A stretch of DNA of 64,000 bases from Rhina ancylostomus (taxonomy: Eukaryota): assembly GCA_030265395.1 (NCBI GenBank), contig JARFYF010000001.1:99089011-99153010 (forward strand). The letters run 5' to 3'. The translations under genes were made by a program, and so were the position numbers. Positions 40,016 through 53,299 of the stretch are shown here, in pieces. Each line of letters opens with the position of its first letter. Position 1 is the stretch's first letter. The notes beneath the pieces are model-generated. The model ran no database searches and was not told the origin of the DNA. It saw only the letters and a program-made list of their open reading frames with translations.

Positions 40016-41418
40016 GGCATTGTCAAACTCTTCAACTATTTTGAGAAACTGAGAAGAAAATGCAAGTTGGAATTGTTTATCAACTTCAGTGGTGATAATT
40101 AGCACAGAAGGAAAACTAAGACAATTGACAATTATTTTAAAAGCAAATATACAACAATTAAACTGCAAGGGAATATAGCACTGCAGTTATAATAAAAATT
40201 TTTAATCTCAGGGAGAATCACTAGTGGCAATAAAGAAAGACTTAGTCATTTAAAGAGTAAATAACTTTCCCCAATGTTATACAGCCATTCTAAGTTGTGT
40301 CTAATGTGTAAGTGCAGCATTAATGTTGCTCTATGCATCTGAAAGATGATGTAAACAAACGTGCACTCTCCCTGTCCAATGGATTCCTGTATGTCAACAA
40401 GTTGAGCATTCACTGGCCTGTCTGGTGCTGGGTCAAGTACACTAACTGTCCCACGATAGTCTAATATACATCTGACTGCCAAGTTTGGACCATTTAAATT
40501 GCTGTGACCTAGGAGTAGATTTCTGGCAGCCTGTATCTGTTTATATCAGCCTATATCTATATCTCTACATGATTAACCCTTCTGTGCAATGCCCTCTGGT
40601 CAGATGATTATTTATCGTCTTCAATGAATTCGACCTTGAAACGGCAGGCTCCTGTGCCCACTGTGGTATTCATGAGCTTGTGGTTCAGTTATCACTGTTG
40701 AAAGATTTGATCCTGCTGCACTCCAGTGCCACCTGCTGTTTGACATTGATAAAATGAAAAGTTGAGAATTTAATCCATTAATAAGTAAAAGCAGCAAGGA
40801 AATACTTAAATGTATTTCCACTTTTGGATTAATGTGAAATGCTGATAAGACAAAGTATTGCATTTGAGCACACAGTGACCAAAATTATAAAGAATACCAT
40901 GAAACTGGGGGCACTTGACTTTGAGGCTGTCAAAAGAATGAAGGGAAATGTAAGATATTGCAGGTGAATAAACAGCATGGTGTGGCATATGGTCCTGTGT
41001 GCATACACAACCAGAAAGACATGGTGGTGGGAGAAGAAAAGTTTTGTCTGTCATCTCCTTACCTCCCCACAACTCCTCTCATGGATCTCACGGTCTGCAT
41101 TGACATTGCTGCACTCACTGAAATAAATGTGCCCCAAGTTTTACTGTACACATTTTCCTGGAGCAAAAGACCATAAGCAGGAGTGCAGAGACAAATATTG
41201 AACTAAGCCACTATGGTTATGGACTGACTAGTTGTTTGACTCTTTCAATTTCCTAAACTTCCTTTAGAAAGATCATTCAACAGCAGTTTTAACAAACTAG
41301 TTTTTATTTGGAATTTTTTTTTCTTCAGTCTAAGGAAAATAAGCTGTAGTTTTACAATGTATTTAATTAGTGAGTGCCAATCTTTGTTTAATGCCCTGAA
41401 TTTGCACTTTGCTCCTAG

Positions 41419-41562
41419 CACTACACTCCATTGTTCGAAAATGCTGGCATAGGTTTCACTGAGCTTCCTTACTTGGATGAGGAGAGTCTGGAAAAACTCG
41501 ACATTCCCATGGGACCAAGGCTTCATATTCTCCGAGAGATCAGATGTACCACCTATGTATGA
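41419..41562 (+). CDS. SAM-domain gene, terminal exon HYTPLFENAGIGFTELPYLDEESLEKLDIPMGPRLHILREIRCTTYV*
   Basis: gcactttgctcctag acceptor, phase 0; canonical SAM pattern Y...F....I....L..L....L..L.I..G.R..IL; ends in TGA. Confidence 0.92.
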   Translation, partial: HYTPLFENAGIGFTELPYLDEESLEKLDIPMGPRLHILREIRCTTYV

Positions 41563-41642
41563 GTGACACCTCCAACTCGCATCAATTTTTTTTAACATCT
41601 TCCACAACAGTCATTGAACTTTTGGATTAATTAAAGTTTTCC

Positions 41643-41648
41643 AATAAA
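41643..41648 (+). terminator. Polyadenylation signal AATAAA of the SAM gene
   Basis: AATAAA 80 nt after the stop codon. Confidence 0.6.
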
Positions 41649-43479
41649 ACCACAAAATTTCTCCTATCACAAAAAGGGNNNNNNNNNNNNNNNNNNNNNN
41701 NNNNNNNNNNNNNNNNNNNNNNNNNNNNNNNNNNNNNNNNNNNNNNNNNNNNNNNNNNNNNNNNNNNNNNNNTCCTTTCATCAGAAAGCACTTGCATCAC
41801 TTTACCTCACTGGCTGATCACCTGTGGAAAGCAGAGGCACTACCTTGGATGGCTATATCATGTGGACACCTTCTGAACTGTCCAAGGAATATCATTCACC
41901 TTAATGTTTAACATCCAGTCTGTACTGTACATAATTTTGGCATTTTTCTTCCTCCTCTCATCATCAAGAAGTTCTTGAACAACCCACACGTGCCACGCTG
42001 AAATAACTGCTCAATTTTGTGCAAAATCAACTCCAAGGATTTATATCTTATAGGCTAACTCTTGACTTTGTGTCAGTTTCCAAGCTCACTTGGGTTGAGG
42101 TCAATTTGTCACCACTGCTGCACTTTATAACGAAGGACCGTTAGCTCATACACTCTTATTTACATGACTGGGACAAACTCCACCTGCCACTGAAAACCTG
42201 AACCTAAAAGTGGAGCAACTGTCAGCCTTTGAAACAAGAGTTCTCAAATAAAAAGTTTTTTTTCTACACCTACACCACATTCTGAGATATTGCACATTGT
42301 GAAAAGAATTCAGTGCATTTTCACAACAGTTTTATCAGGGGACTGAAAAGAGAGAGCACATAAACTGGGCTTGTTTTCATGCAATACAGAACATTAAAAA
42401 TAAATTTGATCAGTGTTTTTGAGCATTGTGTAAAGGATTGATAGGTTTCAAAGAGACATTTCCCATTGGTGTGACAGCCTGGGACAAGAAGATATATTTA
42501 ATCAATCAGCAGAGGGTAGAACACACTCCTTCATCCCAAGCATGGTAAAAGTGGAACTCTGCCAGTTCAATTATTAATTCTAAATGTAATATGCAAAGAT
42601 ATTTTGCTCAAGCAAACATTATGGATGGAGTTTCCTAAATGTTTTTAAACTTACCCGTCCACCTGCCATATAGTGACCAAGTCATCTAATCAGATGCTGA
42701 TGTGGATGTCTGTTTATAATTCTATAAAGTTACAGAAGTAAAATAAAAGTAAGCAATTTAAAGATCTAGACAAACAATGCAATAATACAACAGTTTTAGC
42801 ACTGGTTGTTGGATCAATAATATTGCAGTCAGTCTCAGATCATCCAGGCCAAAAATTTATCACAAATAAATTTGAGATTAAGTGCACCAATTGTAGATGT
42901 GATTTGAAAGGCAAATACACCAAACCCATCTGAATGACTCTGAGCAACCAGTTTTTTTTAAAAGCAAAAGAATCTAGTGCTTAATCTTATCCACCATCTT
43001 TCAAATGATTAAAGGATTCCTCCAAAAGCTATCTTTCAAAATAAATTGATCTATATTTAAGTACTTGAATCATTATTCCAATCATACATTGCAAAGAAAC
43101 CTATCCAGAAAAACCTAGATGGAATACATCAACTTGCAAATACACAGGGTAACACAAAATTCTTTAGACACTCAACCACACTTGATGTCGTGAGCAGAAC
43201 TAAAAGGTACAAAATCAAACAATGTATGAAGCAACGTGATAACTTGTTCCTATTAAACATTCATCTGTGTTTAAATATTCATTCATCTCAGTTAACTTCA
43301 TTCTGAAGAAATACATTTAATTATAAAACCATTACAGTTTACAGTGCAGGAGCATCTTTGGCACATAATGTCTGTGATGAACATGGCGAACCTCATCACA
43401 CTTGCCCAATTGCCATATGTATGTCCCTGCTCTCAATGTTTGTTCAGTTTTTCCTGAACAGCAGCACCATTACATAAGC

Positions 43480-43578
43480 TCAGTGATCATCAACATCCAG
43501 AGCAATCCACTTGAAATTATTGCAACCTACATCTTCATCCTTTTCATCTTTACAACAGTCATTTGACGAATCTAAATG
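43480..43578 (-). pseudogene. Terminal exon, HLDSSNDCCKDEKDEDVGCNNFKWIALDVDDH*
   Basis: ttcatgttgttacag acceptor; phase 0 after the 45432 exon. Confidence 0.65.
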
Positions 43579-45431
43579 CTGTAACAACATGAATAAATTT
43601 TGCACTGATCAAAATTGAGCATAAATTTTGGACTTTTCTCCTTGTTTAGCTCCAAATGATCGAATCACTGTATGAGATATGGCAAAGTAACTGCTGCTAA
43701 GCTCACACTGATGTCAGAATTAATGGGATCCAGTTATTTGCAACGTGAAGCCTAATTGGGATCAATGGTCAAGAAAAGTATCATCATAAACACGCAATAG
43801 ATGCTGTTGTCTACTAAATTACATTAGTGATATGAATGGTGCATTGCCTAATGAAAAAACGGTGGAGTTTAGATTTAGAATTCTGAGATAAAGTGTCTTT
43901 TGACAGGTTTCTGACCCAGTGATATAATCACTATTCCTTCTAGTGTGAAGTAGGAAAAGTAATCAGTCATAAAAACAGTCTAATTCAAGTCCTGCTCATT
44001 GCCAGAGTTGATATGAAAACTTTTGTAAAATCAGGTAATAGATTTGCATTAACATAGTTTCTTTCACATTCCCAAGATATATCAAGGCACTCGATTGTCA
44101 ATGGAGGGTATTTAATGTTCTTAATGATATTAACGCATGAAGCACACCTGCAAATTTGCTCAGATTAACCACAGACAAATGTGATTAAACATCTGCAAGG
44201 ACACTGCCAACAACTCTCCTGCTCTGTTCTGTCCAAGTGATGGTGCTTAATATTTGCAATAAAAAATCCAAGATATGGATAAACAGTCTGAAATAAAAGG
44301 GAGTGTACTTATTGGGGAAGTCAGGTCAGACACAGACTGAGTTGAAGGGAAGATATTCAAAGCTAAGGGAGCTAATGATGTCTGAAGAGAGCAAAATGAC
44401 AGCAAATGAACTTCAGTGCAATAGTAAGTATTACAAATATTTAGAACAAGGAGACATACAAATTTGAAGCAGATGTCAAGTTGGCAGCTTAACATACCCG
44501 GTCACTTTTAAGCAATTTGTGTGGAGCACAGACCAGAAAACTGGGCGTGAGGATTGGCTGGTTGGTTTGTGGCCTGCTTGATTTCTTTTTCATTCAATAA
44601 AATTTCCAGAANNNNNNNNNNNNNNNNNNNNNNNNNNNNNNNNNNNNNNNNNNNNNNNNNNNNNNNNNNNNNNNNNNNNNNNNNNNNNNNNNNNNNNNNN
44701 NNNNNNNNNNNAAAATTACCAGAAAATCAGCTGGCACTTCCAGGACTCTCAATTAGGTGTACTCAATTTGTCCACATCCAGTCTCGTCATCTTCAAGTAG
44801 GGACTTCAAAAAAATCTGAAAATGATCACAGTTTTGCTAAACTAGTGGATTGTTGGTTGAACAGTTAATCTGATGGGATGATGCGACAAATCTATGGTAC
44901 TATACACAGTTTTGCTTTAAAAGACACGAGCAAAATATTTGAAGTCTGGAAACAAGATGAGTTTAAATTTCATGACATTAGGACATGAAACCGTGGAGAA
45001 TATAATTTTCAGCCTTGTAAAAAGAGTATTTTACAAAGGAATAGATGCAATTTCAGGAGCTTTAACCTGTTTGGGCCTAGGATTAAATTCACAGCAAAAA
45101 GGGCAAGTTGGACAACAGGTGTACATGTAATAATTACAGAAACAAGAGAGAATATGACCAATACTCAGATGATTAAAAAGTGGTACAGTTAAGTATTCTA
45201 TAAACAAAGAGATTGCAGATAAAAATGAACAGAAAAGAGGAAAATGAAAATCAATAACATTGAATTCTTTGCAATGGGCCAAAAGATGCAACAACAACCA
45301 GGGGACTTGGGTAGGTTGGGAACAGTTATCTAAGAGTCCTGAATAGAAATGCACATTGTGTAAGAATAAAGCAAATAAGATAACAGCACAAATCAGCTCA
45401 AAGGATATGAAGCAGTGGCCAGTATAGAGAC

Positions 45432-45579
45432 CTGGATAATCTGCTCCTCCATTCCATTTAACCACCTTTGATCCGTATCCTTTGTAATGTTTCTGGATAA
45501 ATCAATTGCAGCTTGATCCCCAGCATCCAATACATCTTTAAGTGCTCCCATGTGAGCTGCTACATGATGACTGAATTCG
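45432..45579 (-). pseudogene. Exon (C)EFSHHVAAHMGALKDVLDAGDQAAIDLSRNITKDTDQRWLNGMEEQIIQ
   Basis: ttctgtatattcag acceptor and CAG|gtctct donor; 49 open codons; phase 2 to 0. Confidence 0.8.
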
Positions 45580-46239
45580 CTGAATATACAGAATACCAAT
45601 CCATCTAAATCTTTTAATTCAACACAATTTGTAAATTATGCACCCTATTCTTTGTTCAGAGTTCACAGTATAAACATGCACAGTTTAAAATTGTTTTAAT
45701 TTTAGCTTCTGCTTTAATTTGAATGACTATAAGCAGACAGTTGGAGAGTTTAACACATATGCTGCATGCCTCCTGATCAGTCTAAAATAGATTTAGTGAG
45801 AAAATGCCGATCCTCCTTTCCTGCCCCACCTACACTGACATCTTCTTGAAAATTTACCTGTGGCCACATCCATCAGTTTTAAAACAATTCCAGATTTCCA
45901 CGTGCCTGTGAAAAGTTGAAGTAATTTCTCTGATTGTATTCCTGTGGCCTAATCTCATTTTAAACATTTATGCCTCCATATTCCTATCCTGTTGAATCCC
46001 TTTACAGATCCCAGTTAGATTACCCAAACCCTCTCCTCAGAGCAACACATACACAGTTTATGCTATCTTCCTCAAAGTTCAACACTTCAGCACCTAATTT
46101 CCCCATGAATCTACATGCTGTCAAAGCCAACACACTTCTTTCTCAGGTGCAATGCCCAAAACGGAATGAAGTTCTCCAGATGTAGGCTGGCCAAGTCACA
46201 TGACAATGGCCTTCCCAATTACCTTTTGTCCCTCTATTT

Positions 46240-46345
46240 TTTCTCCTTTTGTACTACCTCAGTGTACTTATGTATGGAATGATCTGCCTGGATGGCACAC
46301 AACAAAGTTTCTCAGTACATGTGACAATAATAAACTAATGACCAA
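46240..46345 (+). mobile_element. Rex1-type LINE 3' tail fragment
   Basis: tggaatgatctgcctggatg...cagtacatgtgacaataataaac is the same tail as the element ending at 20380. Confidence 0.7.
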
Positions 46346-46609
46346 TTAGCAACTTGATCCAATCCTCCACAGTTCTTAGTTTCTCACATTTTTCCTGGAT
46401 TAAGGTCATTTCTCTTCTGCTGCCCGGGTTCCTGTTACTTCATGTTCCCTTCTACGCAATTTACAATCTCTTCTAATTTCCTGGCAAATTTCTATATCTG
46501 AACTTCTACTCCTTCATCAAAGTCAATGCTATACAAGGTTATAACACACTCATTACATTCTGCCAGTAAAGCCCTTTTGCCTCCTGCCACTTCACTAACT
46601 CCCAATTAC

Positions 46610-46673
46610 CAATCACAAACAGCAGCTTGAACAATGAGATCCTTCACATTTTGTAGTGTTTGCTTTACTGTTC
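46610..46673 (-). pseudogene. Exon TVKQTLQNVKDLIVQAAVCD
   Basis: ttttcattttcag acceptor and TG|gtaatt donor; phase 1 to 2. Confidence 0.8.
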
Positions 46674-47598
46674 CTGAAAATGAAAACGTACAGGATGTTA
46701 AGAATTAACACTCCGCCTCTTCGTATTTCAAAAGCATTCTTAAATTTTCAAAATCACATTTACTGAATTAAAACAGCACCAGCACATATTTCAGCTAGCT
46801 CCAGAATTCCATAAATTGAATACAACTATTACAAAGTCCTAGGATGAAATACGTCCTTAGATCCTGTAACAAGAGAAATCCAATTCATTTCAAGGACAGA
46901 AAAATTGTGTGCACATTTGAGAAAAATGGGAATATCTTGATGTTAAGTATTGCATTCCATTAGACTTAATGATTGCAGAAATGACTCAAATAGTTCCAAC
47001 ATTCTGGTATTAATACATGGTAGAAAGGGTCTGACCAATTCTCTAATCAAATTGCTGGTAGCTGTTAAGATTTAACATTATTAAAAGCACTGACCATAGT
47101 GTGTGAATTTACTTTCAACAATTTTACATCCATTATTCTCCCAACACATTAACGAGTTAAGAGTGGAAGGAAGCAGTTTGGTGACTTGAAATTCTCTTCA
47201 TCTGCCTTTACCATGGCCTGCTTTGACGCACATTTTAATTTAAGACACAACACTAACAAAAAATGAATCTTTCTAATATCACTTCAGTCTGCTGCAAAGA
47301 CACATCCCCTTTAGTCAGAAGTATTGCACACAACTTGAGTTTATGTTTAACCATCACCTTTTGCAGTATTTATTTTCCCCAAAGGTTTTGAATGCAGATT
47401 TTACTGAATTGGCCTGAGATCAGCCCAATAGTCAATTCCCCACCTACAAAACATGAGCAACCAACACACACCAGTGTTCATAATACTAAAGGAGTTTGCA
47501 GTTAATGAGAATAAATCAATTAAAATAAGTTGTAAATACTGCACCACACATTTCTGTCTATTTGTGTGAATTCAGCCATGAGATCTACACAAAAATAC

Positions 47599-47788
47599 AC
47601 AATAACGGGCATCACATAGCATCCTTCATTGACTTCACATTTTCCAGCAGCTGGGATATTTTTGGCCTAGCAGCTGAAGATTGAGTGCGGTAACAACAGA
47701 CCAAGGGCACCTGAACCCGGGGGACCAGGACTGATGATCTTCCTCCAACCAGTGGGATTAAAGCATTGATGAAAGAAAGATGACAGGA
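47599..47788 (-). pseudogene. Exon SCHLSFINALIPLVGGRSSVLVPRVQVPLVCCYRTQSSAARPKISQLLENVKSMKDAM*CPLL
   Basis: atttacttccag acceptor; donor position uncertain; TGA at 47612-14. Confidence 0.7.
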
Positions 47789-50700
47789 CTGGAAGTAAAT
47801 TAGGATCCAAAAAATACAGAAGGAGCAATAAGCCTTGGTAAATTTATTTTGAACAGGCAAAAGACACAGAAAGAACATTTAAAAGATATCTTTCGGTGTA
47901 AAGGCTTCAACAATAATGCCAAAGTTGCAATTGTTTCACTTCCAGACCGCAGGGGTTGAGTGGCACAACAGGAAAAATCATTTAAAAGGCACTTGCACCA
48001 TTATAGCCCTAACTTTCTGTGACAAATTTAATGGGCCATTAAGGAACAAATGCAGCAATTTCTCTGGCTCACCTGGAAGCTGCGGGCAACTTGCTATTTC
48101 TGAGAGACTAAGGGAGGAACAACCTCATCAGTGGAGATTCACAAGTCACAGGGTCACTCCTGCTGTAAATTGAATGACTAATTTACACATTACAAATGGC
48201 ATTAATCTCAGTTATTTAGACTGCAGGCTTTGGATCAGTACAATGCAGAATACATTTTAAAATAGGTGACTGTTTAAAATGACTTCCAGGAGATTCTGTA
48301 GTGGTTAATTATTACTGTCAATATCGTGCCTTAATTCTTAGACCAAGAGGATGATATTTATCATTTTTTCAGCTCATTCGGGTGGTGATATGTGCACTTA
48401 TTCTGCAACGTCCCATTCTTACATAGCATAGGAGGTGGGGTTACATTGCTCTCTGGTTTAGAATGAATCCAAAAGCCACGTCATCAAGGAAGGAAAGCGA
48501 TGTAAAATCGTTTCATGACTATTAGAGCCAATGAATCAAAACTGCAGGATATTAATCCAATCTCACAACCTGTGTTGCTCGACTCCGCACGTTTACACGC
48601 CACACAGTGTGTGACCACTGTTCCAGTGGGAATGGAACAATTATGTTCGATGGAACTTTTGAACTCTTATTGTGGTAGCCTTGACTCCCGCTCGTAGCTC
48701 CCATGAGTGCAAAGTAATAGGATGTGTGAAGACAGAAAGACAGAGGGAGAGGGGGCAACATGGTTCCCACAGTCAGATATGATGCTCCTAGTCAAAAAGA
48801 TTTTATTGATTTCAGTTTTTATATAAATGGCTCAAGTGGTAACAAGGACTTCTGATTAAGTTATTCAGCTAGTATCCAGTGGCTTGCCATATTGATCTGC
48901 AGACACAGGTTCAGATTCCATCACAGATAGATTTAAGTAATTAAGTAACAGTGACAGTGAAACTATGGTTATGTTTGTGCCCACGTATCATCCACAAGGA
49001 GGCCAACCACCACCCTCTGGCTCATTCAAGGCTTTCAGGAACCACAGGGATTTGAGTGGATTTGCACGCTGAGAACAGTACTTCAATTTAAGATTTATTT
49101 GGTTGATCTTTTAACAAAGTTATTTTGAAACAAAAACATAAACACAGAACTTGGGGGCCTGGGCATAAAGGTTAAAAGATTTGTGAGTAATTCTTCTTTC
49201 CTTCTCTGAGCTTTATGTGGCTCCACAGCCACCAGCCAGTGTAACTTAGCTGTCCTCTGGAATTATTCAGTGAATCATTCAATTCAGAGGGCAACGTGGG
49301 GTGAGCAATGAAATGCTGGACTGACCAGCAATACCTTGTTCTTATCCTGTTAATGCATTTGAAAACAGAATTCAGAGTTTGTTGTTGATTTAATCCCCAT
49401 CATACTTCCAAGTCCATCCCTGTGAAAATAGAGACTCGCCATTTAATTTCGCAGTGAATCGTACTTGAGGATGTTTCTGTTCATTAACAGATTGCTGTAA
49501 ATACACATCTTCGATGCCTAATAAGTTGTAATATGAAATCAGCTTATCCAACACCAACTCAGATCAAGACTTCTTGTAAGAAAATACCCAGCTCCTTCAA
49601 CTGCATACAAGCTGTATGTGTTAAGGCAGTAATACAGAGTCCAAAGAAAACATTTAATGTTTACTTGTCAATTTGAATTACTGCCTTGCAATTTCTGCTT
49701 TTGCCACAAGATGGAGACAGTACAAACAATCTCCAATTTGCTAATGCTCCAGTTACCTGCTGATCTGCTCACATTTTGCATCCCAACAATTTTGTTTTGT
49801 GTGAATCAATTATTTTAATTTGATTTAGCATTGGGTCTGCATGAATCCTCACAGTAATAGAACAATGACCTGTCTCACATTATTAAATAGCCCACAGGAC
49901 TGTTACCAAAACATTCATGACTCACTCATTAAGAGGGAACGCAAGCCATGGATATCAATGCAATGCCACCGCCATTCTAAATGAAGGGGTCACAAACAAT
50001 ATGGGAAAAAATGATGCAATTACACATTGTTTAGTGCCTACTGGCTTCAACTACATTTCTGGTCTATTAGTCCTTCTGCTGCCAGTTTTACTGAACTAAC
50101 AATTAAGCATTGAATAGGCAAGTAAGTACGTAAGTACAAGTTTCCCTGATTATAATTAATTTTCAAAAACTGATTAATAACAACTTGAATTAACAAAGTT
50201 AAACAACTGTGCATAGTACTACATGCTTTAAAATGTACAGCTATGTTTTTAAAAGTTACCCATACTAAAATAGCAAACTAAAGATAGTGAATATCCTTCC
50301 CTAAAAGACAATTGCCTGATCGTTACAGGTGCCAGGTGTAGGTTTAACTCAGCTTCATTTCTGATATCACTCTGCCCTAGGCATAGACCTGCATCTTTCT
50401 CCAATTTCACTCCTTTGAGAGGTCCACCTCTGACTCTCTCCTTTCCATTCTCACATCGATAACCAAATGTCCCTCATGGGCCTCTAGCTGTTCGTGCTAG
50501 AAGTGCTTTTCTCCTCAGGTACTGATGCCACCCGTTTCACAATCTCATCCTGAAATCCTCTGTCCTCGCAATTTACATCAAAGTTCCTTTACTCTTTCAC
50601 ATGCTGTGGCCTCTGAAGAGCATGTGTTTCCAGCAACTTCAAACCTCTTGTCAAATATCTCAGTGAATGGAGCCTTCAACCCACTTTACTAAGATATGTT

Positions 50701-51019
50701 CCTTCAACTACTCTGCAATGGCTGCATCCTCCTTTGACACCGTTCCTCGTTTGTGCAGATGCAAGACCATTTTACATTGACTTCATTACTCCCCATGCAG
50801 TTGTAGTATATTCACAGAAATTGCCTTTCTTTCCCCAATGGCAAAATTCTGTTAAAAAAACCAAGATACTAACCAAAAATAGTAGAAATATGCAGTAGGT
50901 CAGGCAACCAACATGGAGGGAGAAACAGAGTTAGCACTTCAGACTCATTGGGACAACTTCTCTCTCCACAGATCCTGCCTGAACCGATGAATACTTTCAC
51001 CCTTTTCTCTTTTTATTTC

Positions 51020-51470
51020 AACCAGTTGTTTACCCTGACCTTGCGTCCTTATTTTTAGAGGCTCCCACGGATCATCCTGATCCTATTTCTCTACAACTAT
51101 TTGCTTCTCCCAGCATCATTCAAATAGTTGGGATCAAGCCTCCATATGAGCACCCTGCTCCTGACCGTCACCACTCCAACCCTCACTGCTGCACACATAT
51201 CCAGGGTTTGGACTTTCCACAACTTCCACCTCTTAATCCAAGGGAAGACTGAACTCACTTTGTCCAGGCTACGCAAAATTCCCCGTACGACTGTCATCGA
51301 TTCAATCCCTCTCACTGGTGACTGGCTCAGCCGGAAGTTGGCTTTTTGTACCTTAGTTACCTCACGTCCCGAGAAGGAGCTGCTGAACTGTTTCCTCTCC
51401 AGAACAAAGCCTGCACTTTCCATCATCACCACTGCACCAGCAGGATCACCAAACACATTTATTTGAGACT
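51020..51470 (+). mobile_element. L2-like LINE RT remnant
   Basis: HISRVWTFHNFHLLIQGKTEL resembles the L2 I..WM..NFL.LN..KTE motif. Confidence 0.5.
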
Positions 51471-51856
51471 ATATGCCTTGAATAAAGAATCAAAAGATTA
51501 TTGTTTTCATGTTAATGCAGGTCATAAGAAGTGACTCCTGCTATGATTTCATTTTAGGGATAATTTTATTCTAAGATTTTGTAAACCACCACAGGTTCCA
51601 ATAGGCAGACATCCTGATATGAGGAAACATGCATTTTAAAACGGTTCTTTGGCCTGTATGTGCAGGATTTAAAATCAATGAAAATACGGTCGCAAACAGA
51701 TCAGAATTCCATCCTGCTACATCACTGTCAATATTAATATGCAACACAGAGTCCTCCTCAAAGTTAAAATAATTGAAACTAATGGTTAACAGTTGATTCA
51801 CATTTCCTTTGAGATTTCAGTTCAATAATAATACACCAGAGTACTGATCCCCTTAC

Positions 51857-51977
51857 CTTGTGCAAGCTTGAAGTTCCATCCTTCTTGGAATCTGGAACAT
51901 ACGTTGTGGGCATTCCCACGCCATTCACGTAGTATGTAGACAAGCACTTCATTCACCGTGGAATGGAATACTTCAGT
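51857..51977 (-). pseudogene. Exon LKYSIPR*MKCLSTYYVNGVGMPTTYVPDSKKDGTSSLHK
   Basis: gcatttag acceptor and AAG|gtaagg donor; phase 2 to 0; TGA at 51953-55. A second, stop-free frame also exists. Confidence 0.65.
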
Positions 51978-53009
51978 CTAAATGCTGGTGCATATCATTA
52001 GTATTGACCACCTGATGGTCATTATGAACATGGAGGGCTGAAGGCCCGTTCTGTGCTATCTGACAATGTAATGCAGTCAGTGTGTTTTTGGGAATGCATA
52101 TTGAGAATTTGAATTTATATTAATCTTTTCATGAGAAAACTTGCACAGAGTACTTGCAGAGGAATAAATAAACATTTCAGAATGAATTTCAACTCCCCGC
52201 TGTTAATATTTTTGTACTGCTTTATGCTCATTAGAAATTAATGCTCATTATGAGTTAACATAAGGATACAAAATAAAGCTCAATACACATGCCATTCAAA
52301 GAAATAGACCAAGAATCCCTGGAAATGAGTTCAGCTTCCCCAAATTATTAATTTACTTTTTAGGTGGCAGACCAATGTATTAATTCATATGTTGGTGGTA
52401 TTANNNNNNNNNNNNNNNNNNNNNNNNNNNNNNNNNNNNNNNNNNNNNNNNNNNNNNNNNNNNNNNNNNNNNNNNNNNNNNNNNNNNNNNNNNNNNNNNN
52501 NNNATGTTGGTGGTATTACAGTTTTTTTAATGCTCCCCATACTTTACCTCATTGTGAACAGTCCTTTGAGACAGATGTGTGTAGTCTTAGAGTATCAACA
52601 TTTAAAAATGTGCTATAACACACATACTTCATACTCTGCATTCTAATACATTTCACACTCTGCTAATGTCCTAACATTGGGTCAGATTTGACAGGAGGGC
52701 ATATCATGGAACCTGCGATCTGTTGTTTGTCCCTGGATCCTTTGGCTGAAAACTTCTTTTGCCCACTTGGTTGACTGTGTACTTGGAAGGAAGTGTCATT
52801 GCTTGTCTGACAGATGCAGGCAGAAACGAGGAGTGAAAAGGTTGTCAATGTTTATGGTATCACCGTGTTGCCCAAGTAAATGAAACAGATCAGGAGTCAG
52901 TGCAAGTGTCCAGAGCTGGTTCGCTGAAAATTAAATTTCACTATCAAACACCTTCCTGACCAGCTGTTGCATCAGTGAGAGGGGAGCAACCACCCTGTGC
53001 CCACCCCAT

Positions 53010-53170
53010 CTCCCCTCTTTTGTCCACCNNNNNNNNNNNNNNNNNNNNNNNNNNNNNNTTAGGCTTCCCCTTTCCCTATCTTCAGTCCTGAAGGGTCCTG
53101 ACCCGAAACACTGACGCTTGTTTTACTCCACAGATGCTGCCTGGCCTGAGTTCCTCCAGCATCATCATGT
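53010..53170 (+). mobile_element. Penelope terminal-repeat fragment with a degenerate hammerhead motif
   Basis: cagtcCTGAAgggtcctgacccGAAAC followed by ctccacagatgctgcctggcctgagttcctccagca. Confidence 0.7.
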
Positions 53171-53299
53171 TTCCCACGTACATTTGTGAACCATTTTCTG
53201 CTGCTGCAGCAATGGAGACAAGTACCAGTGCTGTCAGCAGATGGGGAATGCATTAACAGTATCACTGCTGTACCTTAAACCAATACCAGACAGACTCAC

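Noticed and set aside
41245-41607. 120-aa minus-strand ORF
   Set aside because: Antisense shadow of the SAM terminal exon.
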